A stretch of 64,000 bases of DNA from an uncultured Planctomycetota bacterium (GTDB lineage Bacteria; Planctomycetota; Planctomycetia; Isosphaerales; Isosphaeraceae), in assembly GCA_963845755.1 (NCBI GenBank), contig CAWJTV010000011.1:576001-640000 (forward strand). Direction: 5' to 3'. The translations under genes were made by a program, and so were the position numbers. Below, piece by piece: positions 31,673 to 42,146 of the stretch (within the stretch, counting starts at the first letter, position 1; each line of letters starts with the position of its first letter). The notes under the pieces are model-generated. The model saw only the letters and a list, made by a program, of their open reading frames with translations. It was not told where the DNA came from and ran no database searches.

Positions 31673-31961
31673 TCGCGGCCACGCCCGCCTATGGCTCGGC
31701 CCCCTGGGTCGAGCCGGACGATCATCGGAAAGCCGCGTCCGGTTGCGCAGGAATCGGCTCCGTACTCAGGGAAGGACGTTCGCACTGACGAGGCCATCCG
31801 ACGCGCCGTGCTCGGCGGCCGATCCACTGCGGGGTTGGGGCGGCATGCATTCCGCTTCAACCCCGCCGCGGGCCGCTCCCGATGAACACGGTGGATCAGG
31901 GTTACTTGTTGGGGTCGTCGTTCTCGAATCTTTTGAACGAATTCACTCTCGTGGAGATCGT

Positions 31962-32369
31962 ATGATGATACCATCTTTCTCGGGCCGGTTCCTCTACCGG
32001 AGCTTTCGCAACGGGCCGATCGACGTGAGCGGCGGCAAGGTCGCCGGCTCGCCGGTACTGGCGGAGCCGTGGGCACCGGTCGGTACGCTCGACGTGAAGA
32101 CTGACGCCGTCACGGGCAAGGTTACCGGCACGTTAACGTTCCGGCCCGGGGTTGTCCTCCAGATCTCGGGCCAGTTCATCCTCGCCGACGACCCGCTCCC
32201 GGCCTCCGTCGAGATCCGTGGAGAGGGGCTCGGCGCCGTCTACCAGATCAAGGGGTGGTTCGTTCCCGACGGTGACCACCTCGTCGGCTCCGTGCTCTGC
32301 CTCGCGGGTGATCTCGCCCAGCAGCCGGTCGGGACGGTCGGGCCATTCGCTCTATTCCGGACGAATTGA
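31962..32369 (+). CDS. Hypothetical protein (small, beta-rich)
   Basis: GGAG ribosome-binding site; SGRFLYRSFRN...YQIKGWFVP...LVGSV...GTVGPF; coding-like codon usage. Confidence 0.7.
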   Translation: MMIPSFSGRFLYRSFRNGPIDVSGGKVAGSPVLAEPWAPVGTLDVKTDAVTGKVTGTLTFRPGVVLQISGQFILADDPLPASVEIRGEGLGAVYQIKGWFVPDGDHLVGSVLCLAGDLAQQPVGTVGPFALFRTN

Positions 32370-32395
32370 TCGCCCGGGGCAGGCGGGTCGAACCG

Positions 32396-32818
32396 GACGA
32401 GACTCTCACCCTCAAGGGACATACGAACGGAGCAACGAGCGTGGCGTTCAGCCCTGATGGCCAACGGATAGCCTCCGCCAGCACTCTCCCAGACCCGACG
32501 GTGAAGGTTTGGGACGCCGTGACCGGACAGGAAATCCACACTCTCAAGGGACACACTCACTCCGTTGTCCGCGTGGCATTCAGCCCCGACGGCCAGCGGA
32601 TAGCCTCCGCCAGTGGGGATAAGACGGTGAAGGTTTGGGACGCCGTGACCGGCCAGGAAACCCTTACCCTTAATGGGCATACGGGGGGTGTCATCAGTGT
32701 GGCGTTCAGCCTCGACGGCCAGCGGCTCGTCTCGGTCGGTGAGGACGGGACGGTAAAGGTGTGGGACGCGCGGCCGCTCGACGCCGAACCTGCGAAATCC
32801 GGCCCAACCCCACGTTGA
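32396..32818 (+). pseudogene. C-terminal WD40-repeat fragment (3 repeats)
   Basis: ETLTLKGHT..VAFSPDGQRIASAS.D.TVKVWDAVTGQE three times, ending VWDARPL; too few blades for a propeller and no convincing start. Confidence 0.7.
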
Positions 32819-33269
32819 GGGAGCCTCGCAACCACTCCTCGGATTGCGGCCTGGACTCGCGGCAGATCCTGATGCTGCCCCGCGAGTCGTCAGGCCAGTG
32901 CGGGTGTCAGGAACCCTTCGACGTCTTGGTCGATTTCAAGAATCGGGACTGGCTCCAGCTTTCTCCCACGACTGGGACATCTTCAGGGTGGCGCGAACGA
33001 TGGACCCGAACCTGCGGAAGGAACACTTGAGAAACGCCTATTTCCGTGCTGGCACCGCCGCAGCCGGGTTTCAGGTCTACAAGCCGGAGCCCGACGTCGA
33101 TAAGATGGACGGGGGCATCGCCGCGCCGGGTCCGAAGAAGACGGTCCGATTACCCAAGGTCGAGATTCCACTCAACGAGTACAAAAGACGAGGCACCAAT
33201 CCGAGAGGCTCGCCCTACCTTGCAGAGGGGGCGCGAGTGGACATCCGGGACCGGAGTCGGGAGAAGGAA

Positions 33270-33557
33270 ATGGCCACAGTGATCGTCGAAGTACCGGACA
33301 GCGCGTTTTCGGCGTTGCGGCGTTCTCCCGAGGAATTCGCTCGGGAGATGCGCATTGCCGCGGCGATTCAGTGGTATCATCAGGAGTTGATCTCGCAAGG
33401 AATGGCTGCCGAGATCGCGGGATTGAGCCGGGCGGATTTCCTTGACGCCTTGTTCCGCGCGAAGGTGCCGGCCAGCCAGGTCACCATCGAAGAGTTGCAG
33501 GAGGAGCTCGAATCGTGGCAACGCCGCTCCGGCGAATTGTCAACACCTCGCCCTTGA
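33270..33557 (+). CDS. UPF0175 family protein (putative antitoxin)
   Basis: ALRRSPEEFAREMRIAAAIQWY...ISQGMAAEIAGLSRADFLDAL; AAGGA ribosome-binding site. Confidence 0.88.
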   Translation: MATVIVEVPDSAFSALRRSPEEFAREMRIAAAIQWYHQELISQGMAAEIAGLSRADFLDALFRAKVPASQVTIEELQEELESWQRRSGELSTPRP

Positions 33558-34006
33558 TCCTGCTGTCCAAGGTGGGGCGGCTCGACCTGCTCCGCGCCGG
33601 GGTACCCGATATCCTCGTTCCGGACGCCGTGTTCCAGGAAGTGGCCGCGCGAGGACCCACCGACCCGGTCTTGCTTGCGATTCAGCGGGCGATGTGGTTG
33701 AAGATCGTTCCCTCGCCTGCGACTCCACCCCAAGTACTGGCCTGGAACCTCGGTGCGGGAGAGAGTTCCGTGCTCACGGTGGCTCTGACCGATCCGGACT
33801 GCGAGGCGATCCTCGACGACCGCGATGCGCGTCGATGTGCCCAGGCCCTGGGAGTCGGATTCCGAGGCACAGTCGGCCTGGTCATTCTGGCGAAGCAAAT
33901 CGGGACACTCCCGTTGGCTCGTCCCGTGGTCGAACAATTGAGGCGATCCGGCCTTTTCTTGACTGATGACCTCGCCAACCGGGCCCTGGCCTTGGTCGGG
34001 GAGTAA
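33515..34006 (+). CDS. DUF3368 PIN-like protein (putative toxin)
   Basis: IVNTSPLI.L, VPDAVFQEV, LGAGESSVL, ILDDRDARRCA..LG..GTVG; overlaps the UPF0175 gene. Confidence 0.88.
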   Translation: MATPLRRIVNTSPLILLSKVGRLDLLRAGVPDILVPDAVFQEVAARGPTDPVLLAIQRAMWLKIVPSPATPPQVLAWNLGAGESSVLTVALTDPDCEAILDDRDARRCAQALGVGFRGTVGLVILAKQIGTLPLARPVVEQLRRSGLFLTDDLANRALALVGE

Positions 34007-34024
34007 TGCCTTATGCCCAAGCTC

Positions 34025-34245
34025 ACATGTGGAGTGGCTCCGCAACGCGGCCCACGATGTGGTCCACCTACGCGAGGAGGGGTTGCAGCGCCTCCCGAAC
34101 GGCGAGATCTTTCAGAAGGCGCACGCCGAGCAGCGCCATCCCGACCTTCGATCTGGACCTCAACGAAATCCTTGCCAGGACTGCGCGTCAGATCGTCAGC
34201 GTGATTCTCTTCCGCTTGCGCGTCACCCGTACCGAGCACGTCGCT
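34025..34245 (+). pseudogene. DUF5615-like PIN-domain fragment
   Basis: VEWLRNAAHDVVHLREEGLQRLPNGEIFQKAHAEQR / TFDLDLNEILA...VSVILFRLR; both termini missing. Confidence 0.65.
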
Positions 34246-34296
34246 GCCACCCCCCCTCTTGGCCTCGGGTCCGGCTCGCGGTATGATCCGGGTACT

Positions 34297-35797
34297 ATGG
34301 AACCCACCTCCTATGATTTGATCGTGATCGGATCCGGCCCGGCGGGCGAGAGCGCGGCGGCGGCGGCGGCGCTGTTCGGCAAGCGGGTGGCGATGATCGA
34401 GAAGAGCCCGCTCGTCGGCGGCGCGTCGGCCAATACCGGGACGCTGCCGAGCAAGACCCTCCGCGAGACGGCCCTGGCCATCTCCGGGCTCAAAGCGCGC
34501 GACCTCTACGGCGTGGACCTCTCCCTACGCCGCGAGGCCACCGTGGCCGAGTTCATGTTCCACGAGCGGCGGGTCTCGGCCAGCGAGCGGAAGCGCGTCG
34601 AGCGCAGCCTCTCGCGGCACGGCGTCGTGTTGTACCACGGGATGGCCTCGTTCCTCGATCCCCACACCATTCGCGTCGTCACCGAGGTCCACAACCGGGA
34701 CGGCGGCGGGGGGCACGGCGGCGAGCCGATAGGCCATCATCACAACCACGGCCACGGGCCCGCTCGGACCTGCGAGATCCGCCTGCACGGAGAGACCATC
34801 CTGATCGCGACCGGGTCTTCGCCCGTGCGGCCCCCGGGGTTTCCCTTCGATCATCCCCGGGTTCTCGACTCCGACACGATCCTCCAGCTCGATCGCCTGC
34901 CCCGGTCGCTGGCGGTCATCGGCGCGGGTGTGATCGGCAGCGAGTATGCCTGCACATTCGCCGCGCTGGGGACCGAGGTCTGGATCGTCGACGGCCGCCA
35001 GGAGCTGATGCCGTTCCTCGATCACGAGGTGGCGCGGCGCACTCGAAGAGGCCATGCACCGGCAGCTCGGCATCGAGTTCCTCTGGAAGAATCACGTCAC
35101 CCGGTGCGAGGCGCACGATTACGGGGACATTACCCTGGAGTTCGACACGGGGGGCCGGCTCTGCGTCGACGCCGTGCTCGTGGCGGCGGGGCGGTCCAGC
35201 AATACCGAGGCGCTCAACCTCGCCGTCGCGGGCATCGAGCACGGCCCGCGCGGGCTCCTGAAAGTCGATGAGCATTATTGCACCAGCGTCGGGCATATCT
35301 ACGCCGCCGGCGACGTCATCGGCTTCCCTGCGCTGGCCTCCACCAGCATGGAGCAGGCCCGCGTCGCCATGTGCCACGCTTTCCATCTCAACTACAAGAC
35401 CGACCTGGCCCCCATCCTCCCCACCGGGATCTACACGATTCCCGAGGTCAGCATGGTCGGCGCGACCGAGGCGCAGCTCAAGGCCCAGGCGGTCGATTAC
35501 GTCGTCGGCCTCGCCTCGTATGCCCACTGCGCCCGCGGCGAGATCATCGGCGATCAGACCGGGTTCCTCAAGCTCTTGTTCCGCCGCGAGGACATGAAGC
35601 TCGTGGGCGTGCACGTCATCGGCGAGCAGGCCTCGGAGGTCGTGCACGTCGGCGTCGTGGCCATGCTCGCCGAAGGCACCGCCCAGCTCTTCAACCGCTC
35701 CTGCTTCAATTTCCCCACCCTGGGCGACCTCTACAAGATCGCTACCTACGACGCCCTCCAGAAGCGCGAGCACGGGGCAGTGGTCCGTAGTCCGTAA
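34297..35797 (+). CDS. sthA: Soluble (Si-specific) NAD(P)+ transhydrogenase; frameshift near 35038
   Basis: YDLIVIGSGPAG, NTGTLPSKTLRE, VIGAGVIGSEYA, IYAAGDVIGFPALASTSMEQAR, PTGIYTIPEVS, FNFPTL..YK.A.YD; lacks the redox CxxxxC pair. Confidence 0.88.
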
Positions 35798-35829
35798 GGA
35801 TTCCCCCCACCGGCAGGAGCCTTTCACCC

Positions 35830-36486
35830 ATGGCCACCGCGACCGAGACCGAGACGATCGCCGATCTACTCGAGCGACTCGGAAACATTCCCGCGAGGAG
35901 AGTGCGCTCCCGGCCTGCGCCCGGCACGGCCACCGAACGCGATGTCATCGCCATCCACGACCGCGAGAACCGGCTCTTCGAGCTGGTCGACGGCACGCTG
36001 GTGGAGAAAGTCATGGTCTTCGATGAATCGATTTACGCCGTCTACCTGGCCGGCTCAATGCTCAAATACCTCGAGACCCACGACGTGGGCAAGATCGTCG
36101 GCGCCGACGGCATGATGCGGCTCTTTCCCGGCCTGGTGCGGATTCCCGACGCGGCATTCATCTCGTGGGGCGCTATCCCAAGAAGAAGCGGAAACGGGGC
36201 GAGATCCCGACGGTCGCGCCCGACCTGGTCGTCGAGGTACTCAGCAAGGGGAATACCCCCAGGGAAATGGCGCAAGCTCGACGAATACTTCCGGGTCGGC
36301 GTCCGGCTCGTCTGGTACGTCGATCCCAAGAAGCGGACCGTCCGGGTCTATACCGCGCGCGATCGTTGGGTCGTTCTCCGAGAGGACCAGACTCTGGACG
36401 GCGGCGATGTCCTGCCGGGCTTCTCGCTCTCACTTCGCGACTGGTTCGCCGAGGCCGAGCGGACCGGGCCGCGGCGCGGAAAGTAG
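35830..36486 (+). CDS. Uma2 family endonuclease (compensating frameshifts)
   Basis: FELVDGTLVEKVM, VRIPDAAFISW, APDLVVEVLSKGNT (other frame), EYFRVGVRLVWYVDP, LDGGDVLPGF. Confidence 0.88.
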   Translation: MATATETETIADLLERLGNIPARRVRSRPAPGTATERDVIAIHDRENRLFELVDGTLVEKVMVFDESIYAVYLAGSMLKYLETHDVGKIVGADGMMRLFPGLVRIPDAAFISWGAIPRRSGNGARSRRSRPTWSSRYSARGIPPGKWRKLDEYFRVGVRLVWYVDPKKRTVRVYTARDRWVVLREDQTLDGGDVLPGFSLSLRDWFAEAERTGPRRGK

Positions 36487-36718
36487 GCGGATGCCGACGC
36501 ACCGAAGTGCGGCCGGAGACGAAACCGTTGCGGATCCGGGGCCGCCGATTTACTGTGAGAGAGTGGTCTGCAAGACGAAGCGAGAGAATCCCGCCGAGTC
36601 GCCGGGACGACCGCAGCACCCCCAGGCCGGCCTCCCACCGGGCCAGCAACCCCAGAGCCCAAGGCCCCCGAGTTAGACTCGTGCGGATGATCGATCCATC
36701 GACCAGAGAGAATTCATC

Positions 36719-37699
36719 ATGACTCAGAACTCGAATCGCTCCTGGATGCCCCGCGCAACCCTCGCCCTCCTGGTGACGGGAGGCCTGCTGGCGCTGTCCG
36801 CCACGCCCAACCTCGCCCGGGCTCAGCAGAAAAAGGACGAGAAGAAGGTCGAGGCGAAGAAGCCCGAGGCCAAGCCTCAAGCCAAGCCCGAGGCCAAGAA
36901 ACCCGAGGCCAAGAAACCCGAGGCCAAGAAACCCGAGGCCAAGAAACCCGAGGCCAAGAAACCCGAGGCCAAGCCTCAAGCCAAGCCCGAGGCCAAGAAG
37001 CCCGACCCCAAACCTCAGCCCAAACCCGAGGCCAAGAAGGCCGACGCCAAGCCGGCTCCGGTTGTCACGCCGGTTGCCGCCCCGGCCACCGCGAAACCGG
37101 CCGCCGATGATCCGGCCAAGCTGAAGTCGCAGGTGGCGGCCCTGGAGAAGGAGGTCGCCACGCTGAAGCTCAAGATCGTGACGCTCGAGCTCGAGAAGCT
37201 CGGCGCCATGGTCAGCATCGACAAGGCGAAGGACGGCAAGGAAACGGCGACGGTCAACATCCTCAAGAAGTGGTCGGGCGACAAAGACTCGCTGCAACTC
37301 TTGAAGACCGTGCCCCATCTTCAGGTCGTCTACATCGACAATGAACAGATCAACGACGCGGCGATCACCCCGCTCAAAGATCTGCCCGGCCTGAGTGCGC
37401 TCACCTTGATGAGCCCGCAGGTGACCGATGCCGCGCTCGACAACCTCAAGGGGTTGAATGGCCTGACGATGCTGTTCTTGACCCGATCGAAGGTCGGCGA
37501 CAAGGGCCTGCCGAGTCTCAAGGGGCTCAAGAACCTCCAGGTGCTGGCCTTGAGCCGCACCCAGGTCACCGACGCCGGACTCGACGCTCTGAAAGATCTC
37601 AAGAGCCTCAAGTCGGTCTACCTGATCGGCACCAAGGTGACCCCGCAGGCCGTCGACAAGCTCAAGCAGGCGATCCCTGGAGTCGCGGTTTACAAGTAG
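36719..37699 (+). CDS. Secreted leucine-rich-repeat protein with Lys/Pro/Glu/Ala-rich repeat stalk
   Basis: Signal peptide (..LARA); KKPEA repeats; coiled coil; LRRs such as LKGLKNLQVLALSRTQVTDAGL. Confidence 0.88.
   Translation: MTQNSNRSWMPRATLALLVTGGLLALSATPNLARAQQKKDEKKVEAKKPEAKPQAKPEAKKPEAKKPEAKKPEAKKPEAKKPEAKPQAKPEAKKPDPKPQPKPEAKKADAKPAPVVTPVAAPATAKPAADDPAKLKSQVAALEKEVATLKLKIVTLELEKLGAMVSIDKAKDGKETATVNILKKWSGDKDSLQLLKTVPHLQVVYIDNEQINDAAITPLKDLPGLSALTLMSPQVTDAALDNLKGLNGLTMLFLTRSKVGDKGLPSLKGLKNLQVLALSRTQVTDAGLDALKDLKSLKSVYLIGTKVTPQAVDKLKQAIPGVAVYK
36857..37040 (+). repeat. Coding 15-bp tandem repeat (cccgaggccaagaaa)
   Basis: Five perfect copies from 36887 plus degenerate flanking copies; encodes KKPEA. 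Confidence 0.9.
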
Positions 37700-37767
37700 C
37701 GTGCTCGGCGAGCACCATTCCTCTCCTCGCGGTTTGTCCCGAAGCCGGTTCTCGTAGAGCACTCTAC
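37696..37767. repeat. GTAG-type REP doublet between convergent genes
   Basis: gtagcgtgctcggcgagcacc ... ggttctcgtagagcactctac. Confidence 0.75.
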
Positions 37768-39622
37768 GGGACCGGCATTGGCCGTTTAGTCGGCGATCGC
37801 GAGTGAAGCCCACGCAGTCCGTCTGCGCGGCGAGGCGGACGCCGGGGACGCTCCGGCATCCGCCCCATGCAGCGGTCGAACGTCACGAGCGTGAGCCCGA
37901 GCACCAGCACGGCGAAGAGCAACGTCACCAGGAGCAGGAGGACTTCCCCGATGTAATACGTCAGACGGCTTTGCGAAGGCGGCCAGGTCGCCGTCTCGAA
38001 TGGCAAGAGCTGGCCGCCGAGTGGGCAGGCACTGGCGAGGATCTGGGAGAAGTATTCTTCCGCCTTGTGGTCATCCGGCCCGAACAGGCCGAGCCAGATC
38101 AGGAACGGTGTGAGGAACTGCAGCTCGAGGATGATGATCCAGGCGAAGGCGACGAAGGCGTAGCTCGCGACGCTCACGGCCACGGCGCGGCCCAGTCGCC
38201 GCATCCAGGTCGCCAGCGCCAGGCCGACGCTCGTGACCGCCGCGCCCTGGACCAGCAGGAATGCCACGGGGAAGATCGCAAACGCGATGCGGTCGATCGC
38301 GGTCAAGGGCGCGGACGGCGGCTGTCGAAGGCCGTGAACCGATTCCGGCGCTCTCACCGCGATCACGATCGCCCCGATCATTGGAAGAAAGGCCAGCGCC
38401 GGCACCACCCGATAAGCTCCCCACCACTTGGCCAGGACGATCCGGTGGGTCGGCAAGGGGGTCGTCATCAGCACGTCGAGGCTGCCGCGCATTCGCTCCT
38501 CGGCCAGCACTGTGGGTGCCATGAGGCTGACCAGCAGCAGGCCGAACGTCGCCTGAAGACCAGCGTCCATCGCGAGAAACCGCTGCCCGTTCGGGTAATC
38601 GTCGGAGATCGTGGCGAGTCCCAAGCCGGTCCCGGCCAGCGAGCCGGCGATGAAGAGGCCCCAGACGACCCGAGCCATCCGCGACGGTCGGCTCCGCCGC
38701 CACTCGCGCCAGAGGACGGGGTTCTTATCCAGTGATGGACTCGGGAACCAGGCGCTCAGCCGCCTGCCGACCTGGCCCAGCCGCGCCGACCATCGCGCAA
38801 TCCTTGTGGCCGATCGGTTCGTCAGATCGGACCGGAGCCGGAGCACGGCGTAGCCGACCAGCCCGGCTGAGAGCACGAGTAGCCCGCCCAGGATCGCCGG
38901 GAGGAACGCACCGCTCACATAAGTCGGCCAGGCGTAAGGGGCCCACGCCAGCACGAACGGGTTGATTTTGATGAACCAGTCGGGCACCACGGGGAGCACC
39001 CCGGGCGACCTCAGCAAGTCCCAGACCACCGGACCCAGCACCCAGGCGGACTCGATCGCATAGACGACCATCAAGACCTCGTGCGTCCTGGTCGCCCGGA
39101 CCGAGACGGCCATGGCCAGCGCGCAGCCGAAGACGGCCAGGACCACCGTGATCAAGGTCAGGGCCAGGATCGCGTCGATGATGACCCCGCCGAGCAGTCC
39201 GGCCAGCGCCAGCACGGGCACCGTGGCGGCCATCAGGGCGAAGACCGGCATCAGCCGCGCGGCCAGCTTGCCCAGCACGATCTCGGTGCTGGATAGGTCG
39301 GTGACCAGCATGTGGGTGAGGCTGCCCGCGCGCGGTCCTGGCAAATCGCGCCGGCGGTCGCGGCCGGTGCGACCAGCAGCACCAGCGCGATCTGGGTCGT
39401 CGCGATGGCGTAGTAGAAGAGCTGACCCAATTCGGCCAGTCGCTGGATCGTGGACGCGCCGCGGTGGTTGGCAGGCATCGTGCCCAGCATGTACCAGGCC
39501 ATCGCCATCGCGACCAGGAGGCCCAGGACGAAGAACGATCGCAACGCGTAGACCTGCCAGCGCCGGGTGGCGGCGATCGATTCGTGGATGAAGACGGGCC
39601 CGGGTCCCCAGCGCATCGACAT
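37764..39622 (-). CDS. ABC-2-type transporter permease-like membrane protein; frameshift near 39330
   Basis: GPGPVFIHESIAATRRWQ.YALR; APAATAGAIC.DR.RGSL.HMLVTDLSS.EIVLGKL; LDKNPVLWREW; LAEERMRGSLDVLMTTPL. Confidence 0.85.
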
Positions 39623-39760
39623 CGGCGTCCCTCCGTGTAGCCATCGATCCGCGGGATTCCCCCGAAAGCGAGGCACCCATCGGATGACGGAAGATATCAG
39701 AGAGACGCGCCCGTTGACAACCTCACGACGGCGGCAGCTCTTCGAAATTCGTTAACCGCT

Positions 39761-41959
39761 CTAACTTGTGGTGTAACTCCCGTAGATGTTGTCATTGGAG
39801 GTCGTGGCGAAGTTGCCGACGACCTTGGTCTTGTTCGAGAGCGTCACGGTGCCCGCGGAGATATACAGGCCGCCGCCGATCCCCTGACCGCCACCGCTGC
39901 CGCCGTTGGCCGCGTTGAGGGTGATCAGGACGTTGGAGAAGGAGGCCGTGCCGGAGTTGTAGACGCCGCCGCCCTCGCCATTGCCGCCCCCGGCGCCGCC
40001 GATAGCCTGGTTGCCCAAGATCGCGCTATCCGTGACGGTGAGTGTCGAGCCCGAACTGCTCTGGATGCCACCCCCCTCGCCGGAGCCGCTGGTGGCGCCA
40101 TTGGACGCGGCGCCGCCCGTGGCGACATTGCCCGCGATGCTACTGTTGGTCATCGTGAGACTCGCCGATTCGTTCTGGATCGCGCCACCTTCGCCGGGGC
40201 CGGCCTGGCCACCGGCGATGGTGTCGGAGCCGCCGGTCGCGCTGTTGCCGAGGAAGCTGGAGTCGGTCACGGTCGCGGTCGCGCCGAGGAAATTGACCAG
40301 GCCGCCGCCGGCACCGAAACCGCCGAAGGAGCTTCCCGAAGTGGCGCCGGCGCCGCCAATGGCCCTATTGCCGGCCAGGAGGCTGGACGAGAGGTTTAGC
40401 GTGGCATCGGAGTACTGGTTGATGATGGCCCCGCCCAGGCCAAATCCTCCACCGCCTCCGCCCTGGACCAGGTTGTTCGTGAACGTGCTGCCGCTGATGG
40501 TCAGCACGGCTGGCTGATAGCCGCCTGAGGTTGGCGATCGCCCCGCCGACCGCCGGTTGCACCCAGAGTGGAGGCGTTCGAGGCGACAGCCTGATTGCCG
40601 GCGAACAGACTGCCGGTGATGCTGCCCTGCAACAGCCCCTCGAGGTCCAGCGCACCGCCCTGCGCCGGTCCGGTCGAGGTCGCGCTATTGTTGACGAACG
40701 AGCTGTCCGACACCGAGATAGTCGCGAAGAGGTCGGTATGGATGGCGCCGCCGTCGCCGATGCCGTAGGAGCCCGTCCCGATGGCCTGGTTGCCCTCGAA
40801 AGTGGTGTCGGTGATGGTCAGGACGTTCGCCGCCGACTTGACGAAGCCGGTCTCCATCGAGATGCCTGCGCCCAGGGCCAGCGAGCCCGAGGCGGTGTTA
40901 TTCGCGATGCGGCTCCCGGTGACGGTTACGTCCGCGCTCTCGGAGACGATCCCGGCGCCGAAGGCCTGGCCGCCACTCGCACTCTGATCGATCGTGTTGT
41001 TCTCGATCGAGCTGTCGGTGACCGTCAATGTCGGGACGGGCGATTCGTACGGACGCCCGAAGATCTCGACGCCGCCGCCCGTGTTGCCGCTGACCTGGCA
41101 GTTGGTCAGATACAAGTTGGCGTAGGCGTTGTCGACGGCCGCGCTTCCGCCGCCGGAGGTGTTGCCGCTGACCGTGCAGTTGGTGAGACTGACCGCCTGG
41201 CCCGAGCCCACCACGGCGGCGCCGAAGTTGGCCGAGTTGTCGTTGACGGTGCGAGTTGGTGAGACTGACCGCCCCATTGAAACTGGAGATCCACCGCCGA
41301 ATTCGGCCGAGTTGCCGGAGAGGGTGCTGTCGGTGATCGTCAGCGTGCCGCCCGTGTAGACGCCCCCGCCAAGGTCGTTGCTCGTGTTGTGGGAGATCGT
41401 CGAACCGGAGATCGTCAGTGTGCCGTTATTGAAAATCCCGCCGGCGCCGTAAATCCCCGGGGCTGGACACGACGGAGTTGCCCGTGACGACGCAGTCGGA
41501 GACGGTCAGCGTGCCGTAGTTCGTGATGCCTCCGGCACCGTAGCCGCCCGAGATCGCGAACGAGCCGTCGGTGACGGTCAGGCCCGAGATCGTGGCCGTC
41601 ACGCCGCCCGCGACGTCGAACACACTCGACTGGTTATCGCCGCTGACGGAGACGTGCTTGGCCCCGGGCCCGTCGATGTTCACGCTCGTGGCGACCTCCA
41701 ACGGGCCGCTGCTCAGGGTGATCGTCCCGTAGCGCGCTGCGCGGCGAACTTGATCGTGTCGCCCGAGCTGGCCTCGGTGATCGCGGCGCGGAGCGAACCA
41801 GCGCCGTTGTCATTGTCATTGGTGACCGTGATCGTGCTCAGCAGCTCACGGACCTCCAGTGGGATGAGCCGCGGGGCAAACCGCCACACCGGTCGGCGAC
41901 GGGCCCTCCAAGCGGTCGCGGAGAGCTGATTGCTTGTTGCGCGGTCTGTTCATGAACAT
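39761..41959 (-). CDS. Secreted Gly-rich right-handed beta-helix (Pmp-like) protein A; several frameshifts
   Basis: [33 protein letters not shown]/FxxN repeats; ends [23 protein letters not shown]. Confidence 0.8.
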
Positions 41960-42146
41960 CGTGGAACTCCCTGCTGTTGAAAACATAAGGCACGAGTGCA
42001 AACGACATGGCCCTGCCCGGAGGGGAGAACCAGGCTGCGTCCGAACCGTCACGATCGCGAGCAACCTGAGGTCGCCCGTCGAATGGCACCGGCCCGGACC
42101 GAGCCCCTCCGCCGCTGCGGCACTGACGATGCAGGTTGAGAGAGCG

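Noticed and set aside
32396..32818. Near-identical WD40 DNA repeats as a diversity-generating retroelement template
   Set aside because: No reverse transcriptase and no clear adenine-specific variation; these are ordinary WD40 repeats.
34006..34296. Long N-terminal extension of SthA
   Set aside because: It is read-through from the DUF5615-like remnant; SthA similarity starts at ATG 34297.
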